Source of the DNA: Rubripirellula sp.
GTDB taxonomy: Bacteria > Planctomycetota > Planctomycetia > Pirellulales > Pirellulaceae
NCBI GenBank assembly: GCA_965216875.1
Contig: OZ244207.1
Span: 2,016,001 to 2,080,000, forward strand
Length of the DNA stretch: 64,000 bases
Direction of reading: 5' to 3'
The translations under genes were made by a program, and so were the position numbers. The notes under the pieces are model-generated. The model was not told where the DNA came from, ran no database searches, and worked only from the letters and a program-made list of their open reading frames with translations. Shown piece by piece: positions 54,149 through 64,000 of the stretch (the first letter of the stretch is position 1; each line of letters opens with the position of its first letter).

Positions 54149-55477
54149 ATGTCTCGTCGAATCAGTCCGGTTTTCGCAGCTCTACTGGCGATTGCCGTTG
54201 TCGGGTGCGGGGCGCGCGAGAGGGCGGAAGTTCCACAACCGCAGACGGATCAAAGCGATCGCGACCCCGACGGTCAGCTTCAATCTGCGATTCGAATGCT
54301 TGAAGCCGGCGATGAAGAAGAGGCAGTCAAGCAAATTGAACGCTTGGCGCGAAAAAAGGAACCGCATCTTCCGGCGTGTCGGTTTATGGTCAACCGCCTC
54401 GTGCGAAGTGGGGCTTACACCGAGGACGTGCAAGAGCTTCAGGAGCTGACGTATTACTTGAAGGTAGTGGCCGATTCGGGGGACGCATCAGCCCGCATCG
54501 CTCTCACCCAGATTCTGATAGCCGGCAATCTGCCTGAGCAAGCAATCGAGCAACTTCAACAAGTCGTCTCTCAGCGGCCATCGATGAATCTGCTCTTGGC
54601 GCAACTCTTAGAGGCAGAGGGACGTCAACGAGAGGGGCGGCTTGCAGCGCAGCTCGCGGCCGAGCACTTTGACGGTTTGCTGAAGCAGGATTCAGACAAC
54701 GAGTCGGTTAGGCTCTCGCTCGCTTCGAGTCTGGTTGCCATGGGGCGACTCAAGGCGGCGGCCGATTCGTTGGAGCCAAAGGCGGGTGAAAGTCCGGCGG
54801 TGCGAGACGCGTTGATCGTCGTCTTGCTTCGAATGGCCGATTCGGAACGTGGCGACCAAGATCGCCAACTTGAGGCAGTCGCTGCGCTTGCCCGAGCACT
54901 CAAATACGACAACGGAAGTATCGGTGCGTGGTCGCGGATTTACCCGCTGAGTAAACAAAACGATGAAGCGGCCAGGGCGGCTCAACGGCTGGTTGCGGCT
55001 GCGGAACGGTCCAAGGAAGCCAACGCCGTGCTAAATCTGGTTCGGGGTTCCTATGCGTTCAACGACGGAGATGTCGATCACGCGGTCGAAGCTCTTGAAT
55101 CGGCTTATGCGTCGTGTCCGGAAAAGGTCGAGATCGCGAACAACTACGCCTGGTATTTGGCTCACTGTGATCCGCCGCGCTACGAGCGTGCCATCGAAGT
55201 CGCCAGCACGCTGGTCGATTCGCACCCCGACCGGCTTGAGTTTCGTGAGACGCGAGGTCAGATCCTTGCCTTGATGAATCGCGATGCCGAAGCGATCGAA
55301 GACCTGCAGGCGGCACTCAAAGCGATGCCGCGTCATGAGCCGCTGATCGAAACTTTGTTGAAAGTTTACGAGCGGCAGGGCGCGAAAAAGAAAGCGGAGC
55401 AACTTCGTGCGTTACCCAATAAGCCGCCACCGATCGAGGTGGAGAATATCTTTGAGCTGCTTGAGCTGGAAGGTTAG
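54149..55477 (+). CDS. Tetratricopeptide repeat lipoprotein
   Basis: Lipobox VVGC; helical repeats; NNYAW.LA...ETRGQIL. Confidence 0.85.
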   Translation: MSRRISPVFAALLAIAVVGCGARERAEVPQPQTDQSDRDPDGQLQSAIRMLEAGDEEEAVKQIERLARKKEPHLPACRFMVNRLVRSGAYTEDVQELQELTYYLKVVADSGDASARIALTQILIAGNLPEQAIEQLQQVVSQRPSMNLLLAQLLEAEGRQREGRLAAQLAAEHFDGLLKQDSDNESVRLSLASSLVAMGRLKAAADSLEPKAGESPAVRDALIVVLLRMADSERGDQDRQLEAVAALARALKYDNGSIGAWSRIYPLSKQNDEAARAAQRLVAAAERSKEANAVLNLVRGSYAFNDGDVDHAVEALESAYASCPEKVEIANNYAWYLAHCDPPRYERAIEVASTLVDSHPDRLEFRETRGQILALMNRDAEAIEDLQAALKAMPRHEPLIETLLKVYERQGAKKKAEQLRALPNKPPPIEVENIFELLELEG

Positions 55478-56601
55478 GGCAACGGTGTTGTTGTGGCCCG
55501 GCGACGATAGCCGATGCCTACGCACAACCCGATCGCCAAGAGTGCGATTGCCATACTTGGTTCGGGTACCGCAGCCACCTGGTTGTAGTGCCAATTGGCC
55601 GAATCGTTGAAAAAGATCGATCCAGCTGTTAATTGGATGTCGGCGTGGGCACCGACGCTGATAATAGAACCGCCCGTTTGAGCAGCAGCGAAGTTCGTTT
55701 TTGAATTGTCGAAGTCGATCACGATGTCCGCTCCACCAACATCAACCGTTCCGATGTAGTTGAGCTGCAAGGTGTAATCGTCAGCTGTTCCCGCGATACT
55801 GTCGATACCCGATTGAGCGTAGCGAAGTCCGGCCACATCGTCGTGTCCAAGTGTGCGCTGGACTTCGTTGTTCGCCGATCCTTGATTGAGCACCGCTTCG
55901 GTGTTGTCTGGGATCAGGCCAAGTGTTGACGCGTTCTGCCGACTTGACGTAGCCGAATAGAGATCGCCAGCGGGAAGGTCTGCCAAGTCGCGTGAATAGG
56001 TCGTTGAGTCAACCACGGAATCAATCGTAAAGGGATTGTTCTGGTCGGCCGCCGTTCCGGAAGTCCGGAAGTAGTTCAAATTGACGTCGTCTCCACGCAC
56101 ATCGTCTCGCGTTCCGACAACCCCATCCACTCCTGCCGCGAACTCGTAGACATTGTTTGGTCCACGAAGCGAAAAGGTGTAGTCCGAATTCAAGATCGAG
56201 TTGGATCCCATATTGGGATGCGCTAGTCCCAGAGCATGCCCCATCTCGTGCAGCAGGACGGTTTCAAAATCAATTGCGCCTACCGGAATGTTGGTGAAGT
56301 CTTGAATCAAGTTTCCGGTGGTTGGAACGAGGCGATTCCATGTGTTGACGACGTTTTGGACCGAGGTCGCCATCAGTGCTGTGTTTGAGACGCCTTTGTC
56401 CATCGATGTGGCGTCGATGCCAACAGTAACCGTTACGAGGCCGCCGGTCCCGTTGTAACCACGGGGGTGCGCGACAATGTTGGCATCGAGAGTGGAAGCA
56501 AAGCTGAAGGCGAATGCGTCAGCCTTGGGAGGATCGATTTGAGTCAGGCAGAACGCCAGACATAGACCCAAAAGGCCCCGCCACGTGCTGTCAGAAAACA
56601 T
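55474..56601 (-). CDS. Matrixin-like (M10) zinc metalloprotease with PEP-CTERM anchor
   Basis: Signal peptide; HEMGHALGLAH, L..DD.AG; VPEPS + TM + RRR. Confidence 0.9.
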   Translation of the reverse strand: MFSDSTWRGLLGLCLAFCLTQIDPPKADAFAFSFASTLDANIVAHPRGYNGTGGLVTVTVGIDATSMDKGVSNTALMATSVQNVVNTWNRLVPTTGNLIQDFTNIPVGAIDFETVLLHEMGHALGLAHPNMGSNSILNSDYTFSLRGPNNVYEFAAGVDGVVGTRDDVRGDDVNLNYFRTSGTAADQNNPFTIDSVVDSTTYSRDLADLPAGDLYSATSSRQNASTLGLIPDNTEAVLNQGSANNEVQRTLGHDDVAGLRYAQSGIDSIAGTADDYTLQLNYIGTVDVGGADIVIDFDNSKTNFAAAQTGGSIISVGAHADIQLTAGSIFFNDSANWHYNQVAAVPEPSMAIALLAIGLCVGIGYRRRATTTPLP

Positions 56602-56888
56602 GAGAAAAGCTTGAGAAGAGGAGTTGGGCACCGCGACCACGATGATAGTTCGGGACGACCTCAAGTCGATCCAATCACCAATGAATTTGGAGCCGGAACC
56701 GGGAGGTGACAATTGTACACGCTTGGTGATGTCGGCGAGAAGCCCTCGGTCCTCTACAATGACGCAGTTGGCGTTCCCTTGGAGCGAGCTAGGGAAACGC
56801 CGCGATCCACCGACAGATGGCGTAGGGAGCTCGGGAATCGCCCGATCGTTTGAGCCATTCGTTTCCAACCGAGAAGGATTTGTTGGAT

Positions 56889-58172
56889 TTGACGTACCGA
56901 CAGCTGATTGCCGTGATTGCTGCGATGGCGTTTGTCATCCCGGCCGGGCGCGTTTTGATTGCGGCCGAGCCGCCTCAGGACAGTGAGGTTGCCCCTGACC
57001 CTCAGATTCCTGACCCTCCGATCCGCGACCCGCAGAATGAAGTTGCCGAAACGGGGCAAGGTGACTCCACACGAGCGGTCGCCGGGGGAGACGGCGAACT
57101 GCAGTTGCCGCCCAAAACTCGCGTCGAAGCTCCCAGTCACCAGCCGAGTCACTGGGTCAAACAGCTCAATAGCCCTCAGTTCCTCCGTCGCGAACTCGCC
57201 AGCCGCAAATTGGTCGAAGCGGGCGCTAAAGGGGTTGCCGCGATCGACGATGCAATGCGATCTGGCGACCTCGAAACGATCGAACGCTGCGTCGATATCC
57301 TCACCGAAATCGCTCTGGCGACTCCTCCTGATTCTGACGGTGGTGCGTTCGGATCGCTCGAGGCGACGGCTGAATCCGCAGCGGGAGTCCGCGCGGAGCT
57401 GGCGCGACACGCGGTAACGGAGGTGCGTGATCATCGTGCGAAACAGGCCAAGGGTGCGTTGACGGACGCAGGCATCTTTGTGGGCAATGACGAATTCATC
57501 GTTCGCGCTGTGAGTCGGATGCGGACCATGATTCAGATCGACACTTCCTGGAATGGCGAGCCTGATTCGTTGCAATGGTTGCGTTGGCTCGAGGAGGTTG
57601 AGTTTGCTCGCATCAAAGGAAAGGCAGTCAACCAAAAGGTAATCGAGCGACTCGTTCAGATTCCTGATTTGCGGACCATCGCTTTGGTTGACGCCGAGGT
57701 TGACCAAGCCACGCTCGAGCCATTGTTGGAAATGGATCGCATCCACTCACTCGAGTTTCGGTACGTACGACTGACTCCCGAAATGTGTGACTTGATCGCG
57801 AAGATGCCGATCCGCGTTTCCTTGAACCTGATGGGTACTGGCGTCTCGACCGAACGGGTCGAGCAGCTTCGGCAGACGCTTCCGGGCCTCTCCATCGAAC
57901 ACCGCCAGGGAGGGTTCTTGGGCGTCACCTGCTATGACGTTGACGAAGAATGCATGATCAATGGCGTCGTACCTGGTGGAGCGGCCGAAGAAGCTGGCTT
58001 GATCGAAGGTGATGTCGTGGTTCACATCGCTGGTCATCGGGTGAACCGGTTCAAAGACCTACAAAATGCGATCAACCAGCATCTGCCTGGCGATGAGATC
58101 GAGGTGCGATTTCGGCGCGGTATGAAAATCTTGAGCGTCAAGCTAAAACTGCGACGAATGAAACACAAATAG
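56889..58172 (+). CDS. Secreted PDZ domain protein with HEAT- and LRR-like regions (start uncertain)
   Basis: L....F.RRE.AS..L; LRR-like stretch; C-terminal GFLGV...V.PGGAAE.AGL..GDV. Confidence 0.8.
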   Translation: MTYRQLIAVIAAMAFVIPAGRVLIAAEPPQDSEVAPDPQIPDPPIRDPQNEVAETGQGDSTRAVAGGDGELQLPPKTRVEAPSHQPSHWVKQLNSPQFLRRELASRKLVEAGAKGVAAIDDAMRSGDLETIERCVDILTEIALATPPDSDGGAFGSLEATAESAAGVRAELARHAVTEVRDHRAKQAKGALTDAGIFVGNDEFIVRAVSRMRTMIQIDTSWNGEPDSLQWLRWLEEVEFARIKGKAVNQKVIERLVQIPDLRTIALVDAEVDQATLEPLLEMDRIHSLEFRYVRLTPEMCDLIAKMPIRVSLNLMGTGVSTERVEQLRQTLPGLSIEHRQGGFLGVTCYDVDEECMINGVVPGGAAEEAGLIEGDVVVHIAGHRVNRFKDLQNAINQHLPGDEIEVRFRRGMKILSVKLKLRRMKHK

Positions 58173-58233
58173 TCGCAGCTTCTTTCGCAACGACGATTGA
58201 TCAGACGCCATCCCTTCGCGCACGAGTCACAGT

Positions 58234-59373
58234 TTGCCTTCAGGTCCAGCACTTAAGGAAGTCCCGCAACATAACGCGGCGTGGCAGGACAGTGCGTGGC
58301 GTTCGCGCCTGCGACGGCGGCTTCTCGATTGGTTTTCGCAAAACGCACGCGAATTGCCATGGCGCAGCGATCCCAAACCGTATCACGTTTGGATTAGCGA
58401 GATCATGTTGCAGCAGACGCAGGTTGCAACGGTCATTCCCTATTTTGAACGGTTCCTGGATCGGTACCCGACGATTTCGGACCTCGCGAAATCGGACGAA
58501 CAGGAGCTGCTGGCACTTTGGGAAGGGCTTGGGTACTACCGCCGCGCACGATCGATGCACCGTGCGGCACAGGACGTCGTGCGTCTTCACAACGGCGTCT
58601 TTCCCGAAACCTACGACGAGGTGCTGGCACTGCCCGGGGTCGGTCGATACACGGCTGGAGCGATCCTTTCGATTTCGCGCAACCAGCGTCTGCCAATCCT
58701 GGAAGGTAACACCCAGCGATTGTTTAGTCGCTTGGTCGCCATGCGCGGCAATGTGACCGACAAACCAAACGTCGATCTGTTGTGGCAAATCTCTGAAGCG
58801 TTATTGCCCCGATCCAACTCGGGCACGTTCAACCAAGCGGCGATGGAACTGGGCGCGTTGGTCTGCACGCCCAAAAACCCGCGATGCGATACCTGTCCGC
58901 TGAAGGCAAGCTGCGCGGCAAGAGCGGCCGGATTGCAGAACGAGATTCCGGGCAAAGTAAAGAAGATCAAGTACGAAACGCGTGATGAGTTTGCGTTCGT
59001 CTTTCAAAAGACAATCAAACATCGACAGTGCTTCCTGATGCGAACCTTGCCGCCCGGCGGTCGATGGGCCGGACTCTGGGACTTCCCACGAGCGACAAGC
59101 AAGTCGTTCGGCAGTGTCGATGAAGCAAAGGGTGAAATCGAAACTGAATTGGGCGTGTCGATTCAACCAGGCCAGAAACTCAAGACCCTCAAGCACGCGG
59201 TCACCAAATACCGCATTTCTCTGCATGTCCACGACGCAACGATCGCCAAGCGGTCACCGCCGATCAAAAAGCCATGGCGCTACGTCAGCATCGAAGACTT
59301 TGCCGATTTGCCGATGAGTGTCACCGGACGGAAGATTGCCGAGGCACTGATAACGCAACACGCGTCGAATTGA
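58234..59373 (+). CDS. mutY: A/G-specific adenine glycosylase
   Basis: RELPWR, PYHVWISEIMLQQTQV, W.GLGYY.RAR, LPGVG.YTA, C-X6-C-X2-C-X5-C; NUDIX-like C-terminus. Confidence 0.96.
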   Translation: MPSGPALKEVPQHNAAWQDSAWRSRLRRRLLDWFSQNARELPWRSDPKPYHVWISEIMLQQTQVATVIPYFERFLDRYPTISDLAKSDEQELLALWEGLGYYRRARSMHRAAQDVVRLHNGVFPETYDEVLALPGVGRYTAGAILSISRNQRLPILEGNTQRLFSRLVAMRGNVTDKPNVDLLWQISEALLPRSNSGTFNQAAMELGALVCTPKNPRCDTCPLKASCAARAAGLQNEIPGKVKKIKYETRDEFAFVFQKTIKHRQCFLMRTLPPGGRWAGLWDFPRATSKSFGSVDEAKGEIETELGVSIQPGQKLKTLKHAVTKYRISLHVHDATIAKRSPPIKKPWRYVSIEDFADLPMSVTGRKIAEALITQHASN

Positions 59374-59383
59374 CGAAGCGGCG

Positions 59384-60739
59384 TTAAGGAATTGCTTTGA
59401 ACTCAATCATCTCAGCGGCCTTGAATCCGACATTCCACTTTGCGTTGAGTTCAACTTGCCCGACATGGCTGTCTTCGCCCAGTAGCGCCGTCGGCTGTTC
59501 GTTGATCACGCCATCGTGATCGACATGAACGTGTATTTGGTACTTTCCCGGTGGCAACCGTTTGGGATGCGTACGTGAATCGGCTTCATGGTCGACGATC
59601 ATGGACATCGTTCCATTGACAAGATGTCTCGGCGTCACCGTTCCCTGTGTGAAAGCGACAGGGTCAGTGTCAAAGGCTTGAGTCTGGTCATTCCAGCGAT
59701 GGGCGAAGAGTTGAACGACCGTTCCGACTTTCCAGTCGTCGGGGCACCCTTTCATACGCAGGACCTTTTGGGTCGGCACCCAATGTTGCTGGGGTAGGTC
59801 GGAAACGGTTTTGAACTGGCCCTGCTTCGAGGCTGAGTAGTCTGCAATCCAACCAACGATGGCTTTGTAGGATTGGTCATTCAGGTGCATTTTGAGTCCG
59901 CCCATGTGCGAAACCGGCAGCGTTGCTGAGGGTTTCGCAAAGGTTCCGTCCTCATTCTTGGGCGGCAGTTTCGAGGTTGGTTTCAGCACAAGCAGACTCA
60001 TCGACGGTTCCTCGAAGTTGAGCATCGGGAAGTGCTCGTCGCTCTTTTTGCGGCTGCTCGCGATGAGCGATCGCATTGTCGATTCGGGGGTCTTCGCAAA
60101 GAGATTCATCTTTGCACCGTACTTTGCAACAAACTCGCGATGACGCTCGGCCGGCTTGCGGTGCATTGGGTTCTTCGGATCGATCTCGTGCGGCGTGTGG
60201 CATGGAAAACAACGCATTCGCTGAGACCAAACGTTGCGTGTGAAAGAGGTGACGAGTCGGCTCTTGCGCGTGTGGCGAATCACCTCGTCGGGAACGGACG
60301 GGCCGATTGCTTGAATCGCTTCGGGCTTTTGCTCGAGGAGAGCTTCGTCTTTGCAGCAGGCCTCGATCCAAGCCGAAAAGGCGTTGAGTTCTGCGTCGCG
60401 ATTCTTTTTGTGGATTCGTCGCGCCATCGCATCGCGATCATCGGCCCCCATCTTTATCAAACGCAAGATCTTTGAATCGGCCGGAGAACTCGTGTCGATC
60501 AATCCTTGTTTTCGGAGGGATAGGAACGTCTCTGTGCTCGATGGCAGGATGTATTCCTTGAGGTCAACCGACGCGAGGTGGCATTGAACACAGCTGGATG
60601 GATTGGGCGACCGGAAAATCGGCATGATGCGTTGCTCAAACACATCCGCAGGAGCGCCATTCTCGGCCCAGGTGGGGCAGGGCAGAGAAGAAAATGACAG
60701 TGTCAAAGCGATCGCCAGTGTTGCAATGCGGTTCTTCAT
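59384..60739 (-). CDS. Secreted di-heme c-type cytochrome-like protein
   Basis: Signal peptide; CVQCH and CFPCH. Confidence 0.75.
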   Translation of the reverse strand: MKNRIATLAIALTLSFSSLPCPTWAENGAPADVFEQRIMPIFRSPNPSSCVQCHLASVDLKEYILPSSTETFLSLRKQGLIDTSSPADSKILRLIKMGADDRDAMARRIHKKNRDAELNAFSAWIEACCKDEALLEQKPEAIQAIGPSVPDEVIRHTRKSRLVTSFTRNVWSQRMRCFPCHTPHEIDPKNPMHRKPAERHREFVAKYGAKMNLFAKTPESTMRSLIASSRKKSDEHFPMLNFEEPSMSLLVLKPTSKLPPKNEDGTFAKPSATLPVSHMGGLKMHLNDQSYKAIVGWIADYSASKQGQFKTVSDLPQQHWVPTQKVLRMKGCPDDWKVGTVVQLFAHRWNDQTQAFDTDPVAFTQGTVTPRHLVNGTMSMIVDHEADSRTHPKRLPPGKYQIHVHVDHDGVINEQPTALLGEDSHVGQVELNAKWNVGFKAAEMIEFKAIP

Positions 60740-60772
60740 CGGGGCTCCCTTCGCAGTGTGGTGGAGCCTTTA

Positions 60773-61240
60773 TTAGACCGCGGCGTCCGCTGGTTTTCCA
60801 CAGTTTGTCTCAGTTCGATACCGGAACGATGAAACGGCCTGAGCGAGAAAGATGAGGATGAACACGAAGCCGACGACAACGGGCAGCATTGACTCGGGGC
60901 CTTTGTAGAGACTGTTGCCAAACGACGTGTCGGAAGTGCGAATGTCGAGAACCAGGTAAAAGGACTGCACGAGCAGCATGCAGCTACTGAAGAGTCTCTG
61001 AAATCGGAGCGATTCCACCTGTCCAGCAAGCGTGATCAACAGCCCAATGACCATCATGTCAACAAAATGGAAGAAGATGGCGTTGTGGTAATGGGGTGAA
61101 TCGAGTGTCGCTTGTGGCAAGCCGAACCTCGACATGTATTGAATGACGTCCTGCAAGAGAACGCTACCGGCCATCAGAACGTACATGATGCCAACAAACC
61201 AACATCCGTACTTGAATAGCTTGCTCTTTCGCGTAACCAC
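60773..61240 (-). CDS. Hypothetical 4-TM membrane protein
   Basis: Four hydrophobic segments; GTG start after GGGGA. Confidence 0.68.
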   Translation of the reverse strand: MVTRKSKLFKYGCWFVGIMYVLMAGSVLLQDVIQYMSRFGLPQATLDSPHYHNAIFFHFVDMMVIGLLITLAGQVESLRFQRLFSSCMLLVQSFYLVLDIRTSDTSFGNSLYKGPESMLPVVVGFVFILIFLAQAVSSFRYRTETNCGKPADAAV

Positions 61241-61452
61241 CGATTGTCCCCGTCGTTGGTGGGCGATTCCTAAAGAATGTCTGGACGGTATTCTCGCGAG
61301 CAATGCGTCGCCAAAACAAGTGAAATGCCAATCGATCGTCTGTGGCGGATAGACGCATCGACGTTGACGGTCCGTATGGGTATGCGGCGGGGTTACTTGA
61401 GTCGGGACCCGTGCAATGCGAATCAACGGACTTGCAAAACGAGGTGCGAATC

Positions 61453-62013
61453 ATGCGGTGGGTGATGGTTGGCTTGATGCTTGTTTGGTTTTGCAGTTTG
61501 GCGCCGCGTTCCCGCGGCGACTCGGGCCAAGATGAACAGCTCGCGGGAATTTGGTTTGGCGAAACGGTTAACGGAGTCCAAGCTCATCGTCTGCGTCAGT
61601 CGGTGTTGCTGATTCGCGGCGACAAATTGGTGATGATCGCGGGGACGGGCGTTGCCGTTTCAAGGTATTCCGCTTCCCAAGGCGAGATCAGCATCGAACG
61701 ATTTGACGGCCGATCGCAACCGGGACTCTACCAACTTGAAGATGGCTTGTTGAAGCTAACGTTGGGCGACGCCGAAGGAGTTCGGCCAACGCATTTGGAA
61801 CACAAGCCAGGTGACATTCAACTTGCGTTGCCGCGGCACGCCCACTACCGATTCACTCGGTCGCCAACGCGACGAGGACTGGAAGTGTTGAGCGACGCCT
61901 TGCAGGACCCGAAGGTCGTTGAATCGATGATGGATGAGGCAGAGATAGGATTGGTCAAGCTCGGGCGCTCTCGAACCCGAGTACAAGTGGGGGATCGCAA
62001 GCCATGCGACTGA
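61453..62013 (+). CDS. TIGR03067-like secreted protein
   Basis: GAGGTG RBS; signal peptide; LAGIW, GLYQLEDGLLKL...RPT. Confidence 0.62.
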   Translation: MRWVMVGLMLVWFCSLAPRSRGDSGQDEQLAGIWFGETVNGVQAHRLRQSVLLIRGDKLVMIAGTGVAVSRYSASQGEISIERFDGRSQPGLYQLEDGLLKLTLGDAEGVRPTHLEHKPGDIQLALPRHAHYRFTRSPTRRGLEVLSDALQDPKVVESMMDEAEIGLVKLGRSRTRVQVGDRKPCD

Positions 62014-62134
62014 ACTAGGAGCAGAGGATGAGACCTGGGTTCGCACTCTTGGCGAAGCGGTTGAAGTTCTCTTGGAAGAGGGCCGGTGAGCCTGACATAC
62101 TGCTCGACACTGATGAGTCACCCGCCAAACGAGG

Positions 62135-63199
62135 TTATGAGATTGCGTATACCTCGAGTCTACCGAAATCAGGGTTCTTGCCATCGGTGAATTTGCTCGG
62201 CTGGCCGTTGGTGCCGACGATATAGAGCTGTTTTGCATCGTTTGAAAAACGCATGTCGGTGACGCGGTAACCTGTCTTCAGCGATGCGGAAATCGCTCCG
62301 GTCGCCATGTCAAAAAGGGCAACGTTCCATTGGCCGCCTCTTAGGCGACCACCCATTGCAAACTGAGAACCGTCAGGTGCAACGGCGAGTGCTTCCATCA
62401 AACCTTCGCCCGATTCACCCTTGTGCGTTTCGTCAAGCTTTTCCGGTTTACCCGATTTCCAGCTCCAACGCTGCCAGAGCTGACGTCCGTTCCCAGCCAT
62501 CGGGTCGCGCATTTCACCCATGCCAGCAACCAGGAGTTCGTTCGAGTCGGCGGTGAATTCCAACGCGAAGATGCCGCCCAGGAAGCAATGGCTTTTGATG
62601 ATTCCCCAACTTGTGAAATCGGGTGTCGTCCAGTTGGCAACCCTCTTTCCCGTTTCAATGTCCCAAACACGGACTTCGCCCATCAAATTGCCAGCAGCAA
62701 CGAAACGGTTGTCGCGACTGAACGCAACCGCTTGCACGGATGGCACGTGAGACAATTCGAGCTTGGTGTCGCCTGTCTGAGCATCGACGACCTTGACCGA
62801 AGGTTCCCGCTCGGCGGCAGGCTCGTACTTGTAGCCGCCGGCTAAGTATTGGCCGGTCACCGAAGCAACCCAGCGCTTATCCGGCGAAATCGCCGAATCC
62901 CATGACCAGAAATCGTGCAGCTTTGTTCGTCGAACCCGTTCCTGTGCGTTGAGATCGAACCATTGCAGGTGTCCATCGTAGCCTGCGCTGATCACATGAT
63001 CGTTGGCGATCGCAACACCGCTGACGTAGTTTCCGTGCGAATCAAGTTTCTTGGCCTCGAGCGTGTCGAGACTCACTGCATAGACGCCGTCCATGCAGCC
63101 GACAACCATTTGGTCGGCAGCTAGGTCTGACATTGCCAGAATGCCCGTCGGTAGCTTCGCGGATTGCGTCTGCTTCCATTGCGTTTTGGTTTCGCTCAC
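62135..63199 (-). CDS. WD40 repeat protein
   Basis: SAGYDG.L.WFD, AFS.D...AAG...GEVRVWD repeats; GTG overlaps the upstream TGA. Confidence 0.9.
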   Translation of the reverse strand: MSETKTQWKQTQSAKLPTGILAMSDLAADQMVVGCMDGVYAVSLDTLEAKKLDSHGNYVSGVAIANDHVISAGYDGHLQWFDLNAQERVRRTKLHDFWSWDSAISPDKRWVASVTGQYLAGGYKYEPAAEREPSVKVVDAQTGDTKLELSHVPSVQAVAFSRDNRFVAAGNLMGEVRVWDIETGKRVANWTTPDFTSWGIIKSHCFLGGIFALEFTADSNELLVAGMGEMRDPMAGNGRQLWQRWSWKSGKPEKLDETHKGESGEGLMEALAVAPDGSQFAMGGRLRGGQWNVALFDMATGAISASLKTGYRVTDMRFSNDAKQLYIVGTNGQPSKFTDGKNPDFGRLEVYAIS

Positions 63200-63999
63200 A
63201 GCAGAACCTCCGAAATCGGCGCAGCGTCTTCCTCGACCCGTTGAAAGGTCGGCAAACCTGGCAAATCGTATTCTTCGTGGGGATCAATGCCGAGTGCGGA
63301 AAAGATGGTGGCGAACAGGTTTCGGTTGTCGACTTCGCCTTCGGTCACTTCGCGTCCGAGTTGGTCGGTTGCTCCATAAACTGTTCCGCCGCGGATGCCG
63401 GCGCCCGCCATCGCAAGGCTCCACGCCTTTGAATAGTGATCGCGCCCGCGAGCATCGTTGAGCCACGGTGTGCGACCGAACTCGCCCATCGCGATCACAA
63501 GCGTGTCTTCGAGCATGCCGCGCTGCTCAAGATCGGTGATCAACTGATAAAGCACGTTGTCCAACTCGGGGACTAACATTTGGTGCATCTCGTGTTGAAA
63601 GACATGATTGTCCCAAGGCATTCCGTTGGCGACCATCACAAAGGTCGATCCATTCTCGATCAGGTGTCGGGCTTGCAAAGTGTGTTGTGCAAACGCACCG
63701 GGGCCATACCGCTGCCGATCCTCCTTCGGTAGCGTGTCCAAATCAAACAGAGGCGCGCAGCTCATCAAGCCACGCACTCGCTGAAATGCGGCGTTGTAGG
63801 AACCGGCGGCGGCACTTCGGCGATCGTTTTCGTATTTCTTGCTGAGGAATTGTCGAAGCGCCTCGCGGTCGTGGTGATCCGCTTCGGAGATCGTCTCCGG
63901 TTTGAGAATGTCGGGGATCGAGTATTCGCCGCCTGCTCGAACTGGCCCATACTCTGCACCGAGCCAGCCAGCCCAATTGCCCGCTTTGAAGGCTTTGAA
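63196..63999 (-). CDS. DUF1501 domain protein (5' part outside window)
   Basis: Frame open to window end; AGWLG..YGP, RYG...F...L.AR.L.E.G, WD.H, GEFGRTP..N...GRDH, G.G..GG...GATD. Confidence 0.93.
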   Translation of the reverse strand, partial: FKAFKAGNWAGWLGAEYGPVRAGGEYSIPDILKPETISEADHHDREALRQFLSKKYENDRRSAAAGSYNAAFQRVRGLMSCAPLFDLDTLPKEDRQRYGPGAFAQHTLQARHLIENGSTFVMVANGMPWDNHVFQHEMHQMLVPELDNVLYQLITDLEQRGMLEDTLVIAMGEFGRTPWLNDARGRDHYSKAWSLAMAGAGIRGGTVYGATDQLGREVTEGEVDNRNLFATIFSALGIDPHEEYDLPGLPTFQRVEEDAAPISEVLL

Positions 64000-64000
64000 T

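Noticed and set aside
1..64000. tRNA, rRNA, prophage, integrase or known anti-phage defence genes
   Set aside because: None recognised on either strand.

Overview
Core-chromosome segment of a Planctomycete, most likely Pirellulaceae, judged from DUF1559, DUF1501, TIGR03067-like, PEP-CTERM, ASPIC/UnbV and TIGR02999-type ECF genes. It holds about 50 CDS. Recognisable genes are the 3' end of smc, pckA, mutY, a bshB1-like deacetylase, an oleB-like hydrolase, an arylsulfatase, an ECF sigma/Ser-Thr kinase pair and a DUF58-BatA-VWA-coiled-coil-prenyltransferase-like operon. I saw no rRNA, tRNA, CRISPR array, integrase or transposase. The most interesting items are: (1) a coupled deacetylase-methyltransferase-GT2-kinase-like cassette ending in a nested REP mosaic; (2) a translationally coupled OleB-like/CitG-like/PTPS(CExxHGH)/HDAC operon; (3) an in-frame QueD-VOC fusion; (4) a candidate ~140-nt terminated sRNA next to a PadR operator; (5) at least six REP-like palindrome families, several of which supply stop codons; (6) a cluster of three protein phosphatases; (7) a C-terminally truncated PII divergent from pckA. 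All family calls come from reading motifs by eye, not from database searches. Start codons were adjusted by eye where noted.
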